From the NCBI GenBank assembly GCA_965215275.1, contig OZ244044.1:128001-192000 (forward strand): a DNA stretch of 64,000 nt, given 5' to 3'. The stretch comes from Thermodesulfobacteriota bacterium (GTDB lineage Bacteria; Desulfobacterota_D; UBA1144; Nemesobacterales; JAJCZQ01). This document shows, piece by piece, positions 39,092-51,598 of the stretch. The position numbers and the translations under genes are program-made. Numbering within the stretch: the first letter of the stretch is position 1; every line of letters begins with the position of its first letter. The notes below the pieces were generated by a model. That model made no database searches and was not told the origin of the DNA. It was given only the letters and a program-made list of their open reading frames with translations.

Positions 39092-41776
39092 ATGTCCATT
39101 AATAAAATTAACGATTTAAAAACTAAAATTAAAGCTGGGGGAAAAAGTTACGATATATTTTCGTTAAAGCTCCTTGAAAAAAGCACGGGTCATGACCTGT
39201 CCGTTCTTCCGGTTTCCATAAAGGTACTGCTTGAGAACATTATAAGGAACTATGATGGAAAGATCGTCAACGACGACCACATTGAGCTTCTGGCAAACTG
39301 GGATGCTGGTAACAGCGAGCCAAAGGAGATCCCCTACAAACCAGCAAGGGTAATTCTTCAGGACTTTACCGGTGTACCATGCGTGGTGGACCTTGCTTCA
39401 ATGAGGTCGACCGTAAACGCCCTGGGCGGAGACCCGGACAGGATAAATCCGATCGTCCCCGTTGACCTGGTGATCGATCACTCCGTTCAGGTCGATCATT
39501 TTGCAAAAGAGGATGCCTTTCAGAAAAACGTGAGCCGTGAGTATGAAAGGAACGAGGAAAGATATCAGTTTTTAAAGTGGGCCCAGGAGTCCTTTGATAA
39601 TTTCAGGGTGGTACCTCCCGGTAACGGTATCGTCCATCAGGTAAATCTTGAACGATTGGCCAGTGTAATTACGACGGAAAAAACTGACGGCAGTACGGTC
39701 GCTTTCCCGGACACCCTGGTCGGGACCGACTCCCATACGACCATGATAAACGGTCTTAGCGTCCTGGGATGGGGAGTTGGAGGGATTGAAGCAGAGGCGT
39801 GTATGCTCGGACAACCTCTGTACATGCTGGTGCCGGACGTTGTAGGTTTCAAGCTCAGCGGGCGACTGAGGGACGGGGTAACTGCTACTGACCTTGTACT
39901 GAACGTGACGGAAATACTAAGAAAAAAGGGAGTGGTAGGAAAGTTCGTTGAGTTTTACGGTCCCGGTCTGAGCTGTATGACGCTGTCGGATAAAGCTACT
40001 ATTGCCAATATGGCACCTGAGTACGGAGCAACTATGGGATTTTTCCCAGTGGATGCGGAGACGATCAGATACCTGCGGACGACCGGAAGAGATAAGGAAC
40101 TGACAGACCTGGTCGAAATATATACAAAAGAACAGGGTATGTTCAGGGATGACGATACACCGGATCCGCTGTACACGGACGTAGTAGAGCTTGATATATC
40201 AACGGTGGAACCATCTCTGGCGGGTCCAAATCGGCCCCAGGACAGGATAGACCTGAAGAACATGAAAGGCGTTTATGAAAAGAACTTCCTGGAAAGGTCA
40301 GGTTCGGGCAGGCAAAGGTCAGTTGATATTGAAATGAACGGTCATGCTGATAAGATCGGGGACGGTTCAGTGGTCATAGCGGCTATAACCAGTTGTACCA
40401 ATACTTCAAATCCTTCGGTTATGATAGCTTCCGGACTTGTTGCAAAAAAAGCCGTTCAGCTCGGTCTGACCGTTAATCCGTGGGTCAAGACCAGTCTGGC
40501 CCCGGGTTCAAGGGTCGTAACGGACTACCTGAAGGCATCTGGATTACTGCCGTACCTGGACCAGCTCGGGTTCAATCTGGTCGGTTACGGGTGCACCACA
40601 TGTATCGGTAACAGTGGCCCTCTCCCTGACGAAGTTGAGACAGCTATTAAAGAAAATGATCTGACGTGTGCGTCGGTACTGAGCGGGAACAGGAACTTTG
40701 AGGGCAGGGTGCATCCGCACGTCAAGTTCTCATATCTTGCCTCACCTCCACTTGTCGTGTCCTACGCACTTGCGGGAACTGTGGATAAAGACCTTACAAA
40801 AGAACCCCTGGCCAGGGATAAGGAAGGTAATGACGTATATCTGAAGGACGTCTGGCCAGCACAGCAGGAGATAGATGAAATACTGTCGGGCTTTATAACT
40901 CCTGATATGTTCAGAGATCAGTACGAGACGGTCTTTTCCGGCGATCATCAATGGAAGTCCCTGCTGGCACCGTCCGGTAATCTGTATGAATGGGAACCGG
41001 GTTCCACCTATATACAGAATCCTCCTTTTTTCAAGGATTTTTCATTAAGCGAGAACGACCCGTCCGATATCAGTGGTGCTCACGTACTTGCCCTGTTAGG
41101 GGATTCCATTACGACCGACCATATCTCTCCAGCCGGGTCCATACCGGCGTACGGACCGGCAGGAAAGTATTTAATATCAAAAGATGTCATACAGAGGGAC
41201 TTTAACAGCTTCGGTTCGAGAAGGGGTAATCATGAGGTGATGATAAGGGGCACTTTTGCAAATATAAGGATCAGGAACAAGATGGTTGAAGGTACTGAAG
41301 GGGGAGTTACGCTGCACGTTCCCTCGGAAGAAGTTATGAGCATCTATGAGGCATCTGAAAGGTACATTGCAGATAACGTTCCGTTGATCGTGATCGGCGG
41401 TAAGGAATACGGCACTGGAAGTTCAAGGGACTGGGCGGCAAAGGGAACAATGCTCCTTGGTGTTAGATGCGTTATTGCCGAGAGCTTTGAAAGGATACAC
41501 AGGAGCAATCTGGTCGGTATGGGCGTTTTGCCCCTTCAGTTCAAGGATGGTGAGAGTGCCGGTACCCATGGCCTGACCGGACTGGAACAGTACGATATCT
41601 CCGGAATATCGGATGGACTGGACCCGAACAAAGTGCTCATGGTCAGTGCTGCTGACGTCAGCAGTGGAAGTATCAGGGAGTTTGAAGTGATCTGCAGATT
41701 GGACAGTCCGGTCGAAGTCGATTACTTCAGAAATGGAGGGATACTGCAGACGGTTCTGAAGCAATTGGTCTCGTAA
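39092..41776 (+). CDS. acnA: Aconitate hydratase A
   Basis: [30 protein letters not shown] and [10 protein letters not shown] motifs. Confidence 0.97.
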   Translation: MSINKINDLKTKIKAGGKSYDIFSLKLLEKSTGHDLSVLPVSIKVLLENIIRNYDGKIVNDDHIELLANWDAGNSEPKEIPYKPARVILQDFTGVPCVVDLASMRSTVNALGGDPDRINPIVPVDLVIDHSVQVDHFAKEDAFQKNVSREYERNEERYQFLKWAQESFDNFRVVPPGNGIVHQVNLERLASVITTEKTDGSTVAFPDTLVGTDSHTTMINGLSVLGWGVGGIEAEACMLGQPLYMLVPDVVGFKLSGRLRDGVTATDLVLNVTEILRKKGVVGKFVEFYGPGLSCMTLSDKATIANMAPEYGATMGFFPVDAETIRYLRTTGRDKELTDLVEIYTKEQGMFRDDDTPDPLYTDVVELDISTVEPSLAGPNRPQDRIDLKNMKGVYEKNFLERSGSGRQRSVDIEMNGHADKIGDGSVVIAAITSCTNTSNPSVMIASGLVAKKAVQLGLTVNPWVKTSLAPGSRVVTDYLKASGLLPYLDQLGFNLVGYGCTTCIGNSGPLPDEVETAIKENDLTCASVLSGNRNFEGRVHPHVKFSYLASPPLVVSYALAGTVDKDLTKEPLARDKEGNDVYLKDVWPAQQEIDEILSGFITPDMFRDQYETVFSGDHQWKSLLAPSGNLYEWEPGSTYIQNPPFFKDFSLSENDPSDISGAHVLALLGDSITTDHISPAGSIPAYGPAGKYLISKDVIQRDFNSFGSRRGNHEVMIRGTFANIRIRNKMVEGTEGGVTLHVPSEEVMSIYEASERYIADNVPLIVIGGKEYGTGSSRDWAAKGTMLLGVRCVIAESFERIHRSNLVGMGVLPLQFKDGESAGTHGLTGLEQYDISGISDGLDPNKVLMVSAADVSSGSIREFEVICRLDSPVEVDYFRNGGILQTVLKQLVS

Positions 41777-41837
41777 GTTGCAAAGTGGCTTTTTTTGATT
41801 ATATTTACCTTAAATTTGATTTAATCAGGAGATAGAT

Positions 41838-43076
41838 ATGTCTACATTAGACGCGGAAAAGATAACGATCGATGAAAACAAGAAAAAGTTAGTGATCCCG
41901 GACAGGCCGATCATACCTTTTATTGAAGGTGACGGCACGGGTCCCGATATATGGCGTGCTTCGCAGTTTGTGTTCGATGCTGCCGTGAAAAAAGCGTACA
42001 AGGGACAAAAAGAGATCGTATGGCATGAAGTATTGGCGGGAGAAAAGGCTTACGAACAGACTGGTGAATGGCTCCCGGATAAAACACTGGAAGATATAAG
42101 GGAGTACGTAGTTGCGATAAAAGGCCCCCTGACGACCCCCGTAGGTGGCGGGATCAGAAGTCTGAACGTTGCTTTGAGACAGCTTCTGGACCTGTACGCC
42201 TGTGTAAGACCGGTCAGGTGGATAAAAGGAACGCCTAACCCGGTTAAAAACCCTGAAAAACTGGACGTTATCATATTCAGAGAGAACACGGAGGACGTGT
42301 ATTCGGGGATCGAGTGGGAAAGCGGTACGGAAGATGCAGAAGCTATAAGACAGTTCTTGGTTGACAATTATGATGTAAATATAAGAGAAAGATCGGGAAT
42401 AGGAATTAAACCTATAAGTCCCTTTGGAACTAAAAGGCTGGTTAAAAAGGCCATCGAATATGCGATAGATTACAGCAGAAAAAGCGTTACTTTCGTACAC
42501 AAGGGCAATATCATGAAATTTACCGAAGGTGCGTTCAGGGAATGGGGCTATGAGATAGCCAAAGAGGAGTTTGGAGATATTACGATCACGGAGGATGAAC
42601 TCTGGGATAATTTCAACGGGAAGATGCCCGAAGGTAAGATATTAATTAAGGACAGGATCGCTGATAATATGTTCCAGCAGGTACTGACAAGACCTAATGA
42701 GTACGACGTCGTTGCCATGCCTAATCTGAACGGCGACTATATGTCCGATGCCTGTGCCGCTCAGGTTGGTGGATTGGGGGTTGCTCCTGGTGGAAATATA
42801 GGGGATTATCTCGCCGTGTTCGAAGCAACCCATGGTACGGCCCCTAAATATGCCGGTCAGGATAAGGTCAATCCCGGTTCGGTGATACTTTCAGGAGTGA
42901 TGATGTTCCAGTATCTTGGATGGAACGAGGCCGCGGACCTTACCGTAAAGGCAATGGAAAAAACGGTACTTAACAAGACGGTCACTTATGATCTGGAACG
43001 CCAGATGGAAGGGGCCACCTTGCTCAAGTGTTCTGAATATGGAGAAGCTATAGTTGAGAATATGGACAAGGTCTGA
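41838..43076 (+). CDS. icd: NADP-dependent isocitrate dehydrogenase
   Basis: [20 protein letters not shown] and [10 protein letters not shown] motifs. Confidence 0.97.
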   Translation: MSTLDAEKITIDENKKKLVIPDRPIIPFIEGDGTGPDIWRASQFVFDAAVKKAYKGQKEIVWHEVLAGEKAYEQTGEWLPDKTLEDIREYVVAIKGPLTTPVGGGIRSLNVALRQLLDLYACVRPVRWIKGTPNPVKNPEKLDVIIFRENTEDVYSGIEWESGTEDAEAIRQFLVDNYDVNIRERSGIGIKPISPFGTKRLVKKAIEYAIDYSRKSVTFVHKGNIMKFTEGAFREWGYEIAKEEFGDITITEDELWDNFNGKMPEGKILIKDRIADNMFQQVLTRPNEYDVVAMPNLNGDYMSDACAAQVGGLGVAPGGNIGDYLAVFEATHGTAPKYAGQDKVNPGSVILSGVMMFQYLGWNEAADLTVKAMEKTVLNKTVTYDLERQMEGATLLKCSEYGEAIVENMDKV

Positions 43077-43127
43077 CCGGTCGGCTTTTCTTAAAAACCA
43101 AACCTTCATGTAGGAGAAAGTCCCGTA

Positions 43128-44069
43128 ATGAATAGAAATAAGATATCAGTTATAGGTGCAGGTAACGTTGGTGCATCAGCTGCTTTTCAGATCGCCGGTA
43201 ATGAACTGGCGGACGTTGTTCTGGTCGATATAATGGACGGTATGCCTCAGGGAAAGGCACTTGATCTTTATCAGATGTGTCCGGTTATCGGATCTGACGT
43301 TGAACTCGTTGGAGGCACTGACTACGAAGCCACGAAGAATTCGGATGTGGTCATCATAACGTCCGGTATTCCAAGAAAACCCGGTATGAGCAGAGATGAT
43401 CTGATATCAACGAACACCAGGGTAGTGAAGGAAGTTACTGAGAACGTCGTTAAGAATTCACCTGACGCTGTTTTAATACTCGTTACCAATCCGCTTGATG
43501 CCATGACGTACGTTGCACACAAGGTCAGTGGATTTCCAAAACAGAGAGTGATGGGAATGGCAGGTGTACTGGATTCGGCAAGGTTCAGGACCTTCATAGC
43601 GATGGAACTGGGCGTGTCGGTGGAGAACATACAGGCGTTCGTTTTAGGTGGTCATGGGGACGATATGGTACCACTTGCCAGATATACCACGGTGGCGGGT
43701 ATCCCTATTACCGAGTTAATGGACCAGAGTACTATAGATGCAATAATCGAAAGGACCAGAAAAGGCGGAGCAGAGATAGTCGGGCTTTTAAAGACCGGTA
43801 GTGCCTTCTATGCTCCCGGTATATCGGCCGTTGAAATGGCCGAGGCCATACTTAAGGATAAAAAGAAGATCCTGCCGTGCTGCGTGCTCGCTGAGGGAGA
43901 GTACGGGATCGAAAATACCTTTGTCGGACTGCCGGTCAAACTGGGCAGAGGTGGGGTTGAGGAGATAGTACAGATAAACTTAAAGGAAGAAGAAAGCGAG
44001 GAATTAAAAGTTTCAGCGGGCCACGTCAGTGAACTCTGTAAAGTGATAGACGATTCCGGTCTGGTATAG
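43128..44069 (+). CDS. mdh: Malate dehydrogenase (LDH-like)
   Basis: [17 protein letters not shown] and GGHGD motifs. Confidence 0.95.
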   Translation: MNRNKISVIGAGNVGASAAFQIAGNELADVVLVDIMDGMPQGKALDLYQMCPVIGSDVELVGGTDYEATKNSDVVIITSGIPRKPGMSRDDLISTNTRVVKEVTENVVKNSPDAVLILVTNPLDAMTYVAHKVSGFPKQRVMGMAGVLDSARFRTFIAMELGVSVENIQAFVLGGHGDDMVPLARYTTVAGIPITELMDQSTIDAIIERTRKGGAEIVGLLKTGSAFYAPGISAVEMAEAILKDKKKILPCCVLAEGEYGIENTFVGLPVKLGRGGVEEIVQINLKEEESEELKVSAGHVSELCKVIDDSGLV

Positions 44070-44174
44070 CATAGATATAATGCTTGTGTGATATTTTACT
44101 GAATTGGTTATTTCTTAACAAAACACAATAACTTCAAACCTTAACTACTTGTAATTATTAGTGGAGAGAATTTA

Positions 44175-44906
44175 ATGTCCAATGGTACAGATCAGGGAAC
44201 TTTAACGCAGCGCAGGGACGTCTGGTGGATAGAACCTTTGATCACTGCAGCTGTTTTAGGGGCGTTCGGTATATATTCCACCTGGAGAGCACTGGCTGAC
44301 GAGTATTTTTATACCGACCCTTATCTTTCTCCGTTCTACTCCCCGCTTATTCTTGCAGATTGGTGGCCGTTCTCTCCTGCAATACTGATACTCTGGGCAC
44401 CACTGGGATTTAGAGCGACCTGCTACTATTACAGAAAGGCCTATTATCGTTCCTTTTTCCTTTCTCCACCGGCGTGTGCGGTCAGCCTGATTAGAAAGAA
44501 CAGCAACTACAAAGGAGAATCTGCATTTCCCTATATCTTGCAGAACGTACACAGGTTCTTTTTCTACGCTGCAACCGTGGTCCTCATATTCCTGTGGTAC
44601 GATGCAGTTATAGCTTTTAAGTTCAAAGACGGTATAGGTATTGGTTTTGGTTCAATAGTTTTAACCCTTAACGCGTTTTTACTGACCCTTTATTCCGTGT
44701 CGTGCCATTCGTTCAGGCATTTGATAGGAGGGAAACTTGATGTATTTTCCAGTTGTCCCACCAGGTTCAGACTTTGGGGTGCAGCAAGTGTAATGAACGA
44801 AAGGCATATGTTATACGCCTGGGTCAGTCTGGTGTTCGTTGCCCTGGCAGATCTTTATGTAATGCTGGTTGCCAAAGGGATAATTACAGATGTGAGGTTC
44901 ATATAG
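44175..44906 (+). CDS. Succinate dehydrogenase single membrane subunit (actinobacterial Sdh1-like)
   Basis: YLSPFYSP, RATCYYYRKAYYR, CHSFRHL and HM motifs; upstream of sdhA. Confidence 0.8.
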   Translation: MSNGTDQGTLTQRRDVWWIEPLITAAVLGAFGIYSTWRALADEYFYTDPYLSPFYSPLILADWWPFSPAILILWAPLGFRATCYYYRKAYYRSFFLSPPACAVSLIRKNSNYKGESAFPYILQNVHRFFFYAATVVLIFLWYDAVIAFKFKDGIGIGFGSIVLTLNAFLLTLYSVSCHSFRHLIGGKLDVFSSCPTRFRLWGAASVMNERHMLYAWVSLVFVALADLYVMLVAKGIITDVRFI

Positions 44907-44910
44907 TTAA

Positions 44911-46641
44911 ATGGAAAATTTTGAAACGCATATTCACGACATACTTGTGATCGGAGCCGGCGGTGCCGGTTTGAGAGCTGCGATCGAATCATCGGCAAAA
45001 GGTGCGTCTACCGGGCTCGTATGTAAGTCCCTGCTTGGAAAGGCCCATACGGTCATGGCAGAAGGTGGTGTGGCAGCGGCTCTTGCTAACGTTGACGTAA
45101 AAGATGACTGGAAGGCCCACTTTAAAGATACCATGCTGGGTGGAAAAATGCTCAATAACTGGAAAATGCCTTACAATCATGCCCACGAATCACCTGAACG
45201 TATCTATGAACTTGAGCAGTGGGGAGCTGTTTTTGACAGAACTCCTCAGGGAAAGATAATGCAGAGGATATTTGGAGGGCATACGTGGAAAAGGCTTGCG
45301 CACGTCGGGGACAGAACGGGTCTGGAAATGATAAGGACCCTGCAGGACAAGGGTATACACTCGGGTATTGACGTGTATATGGAATGTACTATTACTCATA
45401 TCATTAAAGACGGGGATAAAATAGCAGGGGCTTTCGGGTACTGGAGAGAAAGTGGAAAGTTCGTTTTATTTAAAGCAAGGGCGATCGTTCTGGCAACGGG
45501 AGGCGTAGGTAAGGCCTATCAGGTAACGTCAAATTCATGGGAGTATACCGGGGACGGCCACTCTATGGCCTATGAGGTCGGGGCCGAGCTTATCGATATG
45601 GAATTCGTGCAGTTCCATCCGACGGGGATGGTATGGCCGCCAAGTGTGCGAGGCGTTCTGGTGACCGAAGCGGTAAGAGGGGAGGGCGGCATACTGACGA
45701 ACAAGAACGGTGAAAGGTTCATGAAAAAATACGACCCTGACAGGATGGAACTTTCAACCCGTGACGTTGTTGCAAGGTCTATTTATACCGAAGTTCAGGA
45801 AGGAAAGGGTTCTCCGCATGGAGGAGCGTTCCTGGATATATCTCATAAGGGAGCCGACTACGTAAAAAGAAAGCTTCCAAGTATGTACCATCAGTTCAAG
45901 GAGTTTGCTGACATTGATATTACAGAAGAACCAATGGAAGTCTTTCCCACCACGCATTACATTATGGGTGGCGTGAAGGTGGATGGGGACACCTGTGAGA
46001 GCAGGGTAAGCGGTTTGTTCGCTTCCGGAGAGGTGTCGGGCGGAATGCATGGGGCGAACAGGCTTGGGGGTAATTCCCTATCAGACCTGCTCGTGTTCGG
46101 CAAGAGATCAGGTGAAGCTGCTGCCAGCTTTGCGAACGGTAACACGACCCCGGTCTCGATCTCAAAGGACCATATTGAAAGTTACATTAATGAACTCCTG
46201 GAACCTTTTAACAGTTCCACAGGAGAAAATCCTTATACGATACACCAGGAACTTCAGGAGATAATGGGACGGTATGTCGGAGTGTTCAGGACCCAGGAAA
46301 ACATCAAAAAAGGAATAGAGGAGGTCTTAAAGCTGAAAGACAGGGCGAAAGACCTGAAGATAGAAGGTTCAAGGATGTACAATCCGGGCTGGCATCTTTG
46401 CAGGGATCTGAAGTCAATGCTGATCGTATCGGAAGCGATCGCAAGGTCCGCTCTCCAGCGTCAGGAAAGTCGTGGGGCTCACAGCAGAGTTGACTTTGAA
46501 AATACCGACGATGAAAAATGGGGAAAGGTTAACTCCAGTGTATTTTGTGATGGCAGTGATGGCGAAAGTATGAACATAACGACGTCACCTGTCCCGGAAA
46601 TGCCCGGGAAACTGAAAAACCTGTTCAAGGAGGCCAGTTAA
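44911..46641 (+). CDS. sdhA: Succinate dehydrogenase/fumarate reductase flavoprotein
   Basis: GAGGAG, AHTVMAEGG, QFHPT and HGANRLGGNSL motifs. Confidence 0.93.
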   Translation: MENFETHIHDILVIGAGGAGLRAAIESSAKGASTGLVCKSLLGKAHTVMAEGGVAAALANVDVKDDWKAHFKDTMLGGKMLNNWKMPYNHAHESPERIYELEQWGAVFDRTPQGKIMQRIFGGHTWKRLAHVGDRTGLEMIRTLQDKGIHSGIDVYMECTITHIIKDGDKIAGAFGYWRESGKFVLFKARAIVLATGGVGKAYQVTSNSWEYTGDGHSMAYEVGAELIDMEFVQFHPTGMVWPPSVRGVLVTEAVRGEGGILTNKNGERFMKKYDPDRMELSTRDVVARSIYTEVQEGKGSPHGGAFLDISHKGADYVKRKLPSMYHQFKEFADIDITEEPMEVFPTTHYIMGGVKVDGDTCESRVSGLFASGEVSGGMHGANRLGGNSLSDLLVFGKRSGEAAASFANGNTTPVSISKDHIESYINELLEPFNSSTGENPYTIHQELQEIMGRYVGVFRTQENIKKGIEEVLKLKDRAKDLKIEGSRMYNPGWHLCRDLKSMLIVSEAIARSALQRQESRGAHSRVDFENTDDEKWGKVNSSVFCDGSDGESMNITTSPVPEMPGKLKNLFKEAS

Positions 46642-47370
46642 ATGTCAGAAACGATATTCAGGGTATTCAGAGGTGATGCAAACACTGGTGGAGAAAAAGA
46701 GTACAGTGTGCCCGTGGAAGAAGGTATGGTGGTTTTAGACGCCCTGCATTATATCCAGGCCAATTATGCCCCCGATCTTGCGGTCAGATGGAACTGTAAA
46801 GCGGCCAAGTGCGGTTCGTGCAGCACGGAGATAAACGGAAAACCAAAACTGGCATGCAAGACACGAATAGATCATCTGCCAAAGAACGAGCCCATTACCG
46901 TGTATCCGATAAAAACGTTCCCGGTGATCAAGGACCTTGTAGCTGACGTATCGTGGAATTACGAAGTGAATAAGAAAATACCCCCTTTCTCTCCGGTTAC
47001 AGATAAGCCGTTTGAGATGTACCAGGACGATGTGGACAGAATTCAGGAATTCAGAAAGTGCATTGAGTGTTTTATGTGTCAGAACGTGTGTCACATATTA
47101 AGGGACCACGGCAGAAAGGATGCTTTTTTTGGCCCGAGGTCCATGATCAAGATAGCTGAGCGGGTCATGCATCCGATGGAAAAAACGGACAGAATGGAAT
47201 TTCTGAAGAACAAGGCTGGTGTAGGATACTGTAATATAACGAAATGCTGCACTGAGGTATGTCCGGAAGACATACATATAACTGATAATGCAATAATCCC
47301 GCTTAAAGAGAGAGTGGCAGACAGGTATTTTAACCCGCTGAACTGGGTCCTTGATAAGATCAGAAGATGA
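46642..47370 (+). CDS. sdhB: Succinate dehydrogenase iron-sulfur subunit
   Basis: CKAAKCGSC, CIECFMCQNVC and CNITKCCTEVCP motifs. Confidence 0.93.
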   Translation: MSETIFRVFRGDANTGGEKEYSVPVEEGMVVLDALHYIQANYAPDLAVRWNCKAAKCGSCSTEINGKPKLACKTRIDHLPKNEPITVYPIKTFPVIKDLVADVSWNYEVNKKIPPFSPVTDKPFEMYQDDVDRIQEFRKCIECFMCQNVCHILRDHGRKDAFFGPRSMIKIAERVMHPMEKTDRMEFLKNKAGVGYCNITKCCTEVCPEDIHITDNAIIPLKERVADRYFNPLNWVLDKIRR

Positions 47371-47412
47371 TGAGTTATTTACGCAGTGTTGTAATTTCGG
47401 AGGATAGGCACG

Positions 47413-48576
47413 TTGAACGTTCATGAGTATCAGGCAAAAGAGTTGTTCTTTAAATATGGAATAAATGTTCCGATTGGCAAAGTTGCCACCACGGAGGAAG
47501 AGGCAAGACAGGTCGGAGAGGACCTGAATGCGGAGAAGGTGGTGATCAAGGCACAGATCCACTCGGGAGGAAGAGGTAAGGCAGGTGGTGTTAAGGTCGT
47601 GGATTCAGTTGATGATATTGCAAGAAAGTCTGCTGATATGCTGGGATTAAAGATAGTAACCCCTCAAACCGGCAAGGCAGGAAAACTCGTACGAAAGGTT
47701 CTGATCGAGGAAGCCTCGGACATTGTGAACGAGTTTTATCTAGGGATGGTAATTGACAGGTCAAAAGAGCAGATAGTGGTTATGGCAAGCCCTGAGGGTG
47801 GGACTGATATTGAAGAAGTGGCAAGGAATATGCCTGATCAGATACTGAAGGTCCATATAGACCCTTCTGTGGGTATTTATCCATATCAATGCAGAAAGAT
47901 CGCGTATTTTCTTGACCTGAAAGGTAAGGTCGTTAATAAGTTCCTGTCGATAGTTACAGGGCTTTACGCTCTTTTTACCGAAAAGGATTGTTCACTGGCC
48001 GAGATCAATCCTCTTGTACTTACAGGCAACGATGAGCTGTTGGCCCTGGATGGAAAGTTAAACTTTGATGATAATGCGATATTCAGGCACAGGGACATTG
48101 CAAAGCTGCATGACCCATCGGAGGAAAACAGGCTGGAACTTGAAGCAAAAGAGGTTGGTATCAGCTTTGTGAAACTGGACGGGAACATCGGATGTCTTGT
48201 AAACGGGGCCGGTCTTGCGATGGCTACAATGGACATCATTAAACTGCATGGAGGGGAGCCTGCTAATTTCTTAGACGTAGGAGGCGGTGCCAATGAGGAG
48301 CAGGTGACCAAGGCCTTTAAAATGATATTAAGTGACGACAATGTAAAAGCTGTCTTTGTAAATATATTCGGGGGCATTATGAAATGCGACACGATAGCAA
48401 AGGGTATAATATCTGCAGTTCGTGAAATATCCATTAACGTGCCTCTTATCATCAGACTGGAAGGGACGAACGTTGAGAAGGGGAAAGAAATGCTTTCGAG
48501 TTCCGGACTTAACATACAGACGGGAAACAACATGAAAGATGCTGCCCATAAGGTCGTGAAAGCCGCAAACGGATAG
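47413..48576 (+). CDS. sucC: Succinyl-CoA synthetase beta subunit (TTG start)
   Basis: HEYQAK, GGRGKAGG, NGAGLAMAT and NIFGGI motifs. Confidence 0.96.
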   Translation: MNVHEYQAKELFFKYGINVPIGKVATTEEEARQVGEDLNAEKVVIKAQIHSGGRGKAGGVKVVDSVDDIARKSADMLGLKIVTPQTGKAGKLVRKVLIEEASDIVNEFYLGMVIDRSKEQIVVMASPEGGTDIEEVARNMPDQILKVHIDPSVGIYPYQCRKIAYFLDLKGKVVNKFLSIVTGLYALFTEKDCSLAEINPLVLTGNDELLALDGKLNFDDNAIFRHRDIAKLHDPSEENRLELEAKEVGISFVKLDGNIGCLVNGAGLAMATMDIIKLHGGEPANFLDVGGGANEEQVTKAFKMILSDDNVKAVFVNIFGGIMKCDTIAKGIISAVREISINVPLIIRLEGTNVEKGKEMLSSSGLNIQTGNNMKDAAHKVVKAANG

Positions 48577-48716
48577 ACCTCTCAAAACCATATTCCTTGA
48601 CAACTCTTTCTTGAGACTTATTTTAGAGGTCGGAGACAGGAAATATATAAAACACGATAAAAATTGAAAATATCAATAAGAAAGTAACACACTAGTACTT
48701 CAGGAGGCTTGTTTTT

Positions 48717-50627
48717 ATGGCAACTTCAAAGATCATTGGAATAGACTTGGGCACCACTAACTCATGTGTAGCTGTGGTTGAGGGAGGTGAACCTAAGATC
48801 ATAATAAACGAGGAAGGTATCAGGACCACCCCGTCCGTAGTTGCGTTTGGCAAAGACGATGAGGTCATAGTCGGCGGGTCGGCAAAAAGGCAGGCCGTGG
48901 TTAATTCAAAGAACACGATATATTCAAACAAGAGACTTATGGGAATGAGGTTCGAGGAAGTGGAAAAAGAGGCCAAGACCCTGTCCTACGACGTTGTAAA
49001 ATCCCCCAATGGGGACGCGTGGCTTGAGGTTGAAGGTAAACAGTACTCACCTCCTCAGATATCATCACACATTCTGACGAAACTGAAAAAAGCTGCAGAG
49101 GATTATCTTGGTTCAGAGGCAAAGGAGGCGGTGGTAACGGTGCCGGCTTACTTCAACGACAGCCAGAGACAGGCAACTAAGGACGCCGGCAAGATAGCGG
49201 GATTAGAGGTTAAGAGGATCATCAATGAACCTACTGCGGCGGCTCTCTCTTATGGGTTCGATAAGAAGAGCGAAGGGATAATAGCAGTTTACGACTTAGG
49301 GGGAGGGACCTTTGATATCTCTATACTTGAAGTCGGGGATAACGTGATCGAGGTTAAATCCACTAATGGAGATACACATCTGGGAGGCGATGATTTCGAT
49401 AAGAAGATCATCGAATACATAATAGATGAGTTTAAAAAAGATTCAGGAGTTGATCTGAGTAAAGACAAAATGGCGATCCAGAGACTCAGGGAATCGGCAG
49501 AAAAAGCAAAAATAGAACTTTCAAGTACTTTGGAGACCGAAATAAACCTGCCTTTTATAACGGCAGATGCATCAGGTCCGAAACATTTAGTAATGAAGAT
49601 CACCTGCTCGAAGTTCGAGCAGCTGACGGAGGACCTGGTCAAGCAAACCCTTAAACCATGCAGGCAGGCTTTAAAGGACGCCGGGTTAAAGGCTTCGGAT
49701 ATCTCTGAAGTGATCCTGGTCGGAGGATCTACCAGGATTCCGCTTGTTCAGAGAACGGTGACCGAGTTCTTTGGTAAGGAACCCCATAAGGGTATTAACC
49801 CTGATGAGGTCGTGGCAATGGGTGCAGCGATCCAGGGTGCTGTTCTTGGAGGGGACGTAAGGGACGTGCTGCTTCTTGACGTAACGCCTTTATCTCTCGG
49901 TATTGAAACGCTGGGTGGGGTGATGACACCTATCATATCCAGAAATACGACTATCCCTACTAAAAAAAGCCAGGTGTTCACAACGGCAGAGGATAATCAG
50001 ACCGCAGTTGATATTCACGTCCTTCAGGGTGAACGTCAGATGGCTTCAGACAACAGAACGCTGGCTAAGTTCATTCTTGACGGCATTCCTCCGGCATCAC
50101 GGGGCGTGCCTCAGATCGAAGTGGCGTTCGATATCGATGCTGACGGGATACTGCACGTTTATGCCAAGGATACGGCAACGGGTAAGGAACAGAAAGTAAA
50201 GGTCGAAGCATCAAGTGGGCTTTCCAAGGAAGAAGTGAACAAGATGGTGGAAGAAGCTGAAGTGAAATCTGAAGAAGATAAGAAAAGACACGAAGCCGTT
50301 GAAAAGAGAAACAAGCTGGACGAACTTATTTACAGGACTGAAAAGAACTTCAAGGACATGCAGGACAAACTGTCCGACCAGGAAAAGAAAGAACTTGAAG
50401 ATGCACTTGAGGAAGGGAAAAAGACCCTTCAGTCCGATGAAGCAGGCAAGATAGATGAAGTAACCGAGAGAATTACACAGGCATCACATAAACTGGCTGA
50501 AATGGTGTATAAACAGCAATCAGAAGGTCAGGGTCAAGAGGAACAAAAGGATACGAGCGAACAGAAGGGAACGGACGAAACTAAAAATGACGATGTAATA
50601 GATGCTGAATTTACAGAGAATAAATAG
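48717..50627 (+). CDS. dnaK: Chaperone DnaK
   Basis: [17 protein letters not shown] and GVPQIEV motifs. Confidence 0.98.
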   Translation: MATSKIIGIDLGTTNSCVAVVEGGEPKIIINEEGIRTTPSVVAFGKDDEVIVGGSAKRQAVVNSKNTIYSNKRLMGMRFEEVEKEAKTLSYDVVKSPNGDAWLEVEGKQYSPPQISSHILTKLKKAAEDYLGSEAKEAVVTVPAYFNDSQRQATKDAGKIAGLEVKRIINEPTAAALSYGFDKKSEGIIAVYDLGGGTFDISILEVGDNVIEVKSTNGDTHLGGDDFDKKIIEYIIDEFKKDSGVDLSKDKMAIQRLRESAEKAKIELSSTLETEINLPFITADASGPKHLVMKITCSKFEQLTEDLVKQTLKPCRQALKDAGLKASDISEVILVGGSTRIPLVQRTVTEFFGKEPHKGINPDEVVAMGAAIQGAVLGGDVRDVLLLDVTPLSLGIETLGGVMTPIISRNTTIPTKKSQVFTTAEDNQTAVDIHVLQGERQMASDNRTLAKFILDGIPPASRGVPQIEVAFDIDADGILHVYAKDTATGKEQKVKVEASSGLSKEEVNKMVEEAEVKSEEDKKRHEAVEKRNKLDELIYRTEKNFKDMQDKLSDQEKKELEDALEEGKKTLQSDEAGKIDEVTERITQASHKLAEMVYKQQSEGQGQEEQKDTSEQKGTDETKNDDVIDAEFTENK

Positions 50628-50748
50628 TCTCGTTCCACGTATACCACTTGAAGTTATTTTCTGACATATGAATAAACCTGTATGGGAAGTTTTGGTTACG
50701 TTTGATCTTAATGATGAATACTGTATTTAGAAGGGTCAGGAAGGGCAG

Positions 50749-51501
50749 ATGGCTTTCGGTGATGGTAAGATCTCTGAAGAAATGAAACAGAAAGATATAA
50801 ATGATGAAGCTAATGGGTTGGAAGGGGCTGATATTAAAATCAGCGGTGAAAACTCAAAAAGAATGGAAAAGATCCTGAAGCACTGTGAGCAGGTCTCACC
50901 TGAAGGTTCAAAGAAGATAGGAGAACTGCTGCAGCGTTGGGGGCAGGTCTCACCTGAAGATTCAAAAAGGGTAGAAGAACTGTTACAGCATTGGGAACCG
51001 GTTTCAGAGGCTTTAGATGATCGTTTTGTAAGACTTAATGCAGATTTTGATAATTATAGAAGACGCGTATGGAAGGAAAAAGATGATATTTCCAAGTATG
51101 GTAATGAAGAATTAATAAAGGAACTGTTAACAGTTTTGGATAATCTGCAACTTGCCGTGGATTATTTTGATCCCAAAGGTAATGTAAATTCACTGTTTGA
51201 AGGCGTGAAGCTGGTACAGAACCAATTGATGACCACCCTTAAAAAGTTCGGATTGACCACCGTTGATATACAGGAAGGCAGCAAATTTGATCCAGAATTC
51301 CATCAGGCGGTTGAAAAGAAAAGTGGTAAAGATGAGCCGGAACTGATACTTGAGGAACGGGCCAAGGGCTATATATTAAATGGCAGACTCGTAAGACCTT
51401 CAATGGTAGTTGTATCGACCAGTGATGAGGCGGATAAAGTAACAAGTGAAGCTGAGGATGTTATAAAAAAGGGTCAAAAAGACAACTCGGAGGAGATGTG
51501 A
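50749..51501 (+). CDS. grpE: Nucleotide exchange factor GrpE with an N-terminal triple repeat
   Basis: ADFDNYRRR, FDPEFHQAV and GYILNGRLVRPSMVVV motifs. Confidence 0.92.
   Translation: MAFGDGKISEEMKQKDINDEANGLEGADIKISGENSKRMEKILKHCEQVSPEGSKKIGELLQRWGQVSPEDSKRVEELLQHWEPVSEALDDRFVRLNADFDNYRRRVWKEKDDISKYGNEELIKELLTVLDNLQLAVDYFDPKGNVNSLFEGVKLVQNQLMTTLKKFGLTTVDIQEGSKFDPEFHQAVEKKSGKDEPELILEERAKGYILNGRLVRPSMVVVSTSDEADKVTSEAEDVIKKGQKDNSEEM
50848..51009 (+). repeat. Three imperfect 54-bp (18-aa) tandem repeats in grpE
   Basis: ENSKRMEKILKHCEQVSP / EGSKKIGELLQRWGQVSP / EDSKRVEELLQHWEPVSE. Confidence 0.85.
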
Positions 51502-51598
51502 TCCGTAGTTGAAAGGTCTGTAATAAGTGAAGGAACGTTTGGATTTGCTGATACCTGAAACTGATTTATGGTTTTAATTAACCTTCTGGAGTTAAACA

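Noticed and set aside
41889..42500. Long antisense and alternate-frame ORFs (e.g. 1659-2207, 23838-24317, 41889-42500, 47964-48533)
   Set aside because: They overlap well-supported housekeeping genes and show no recognisable motifs; treated as shadow ORFs
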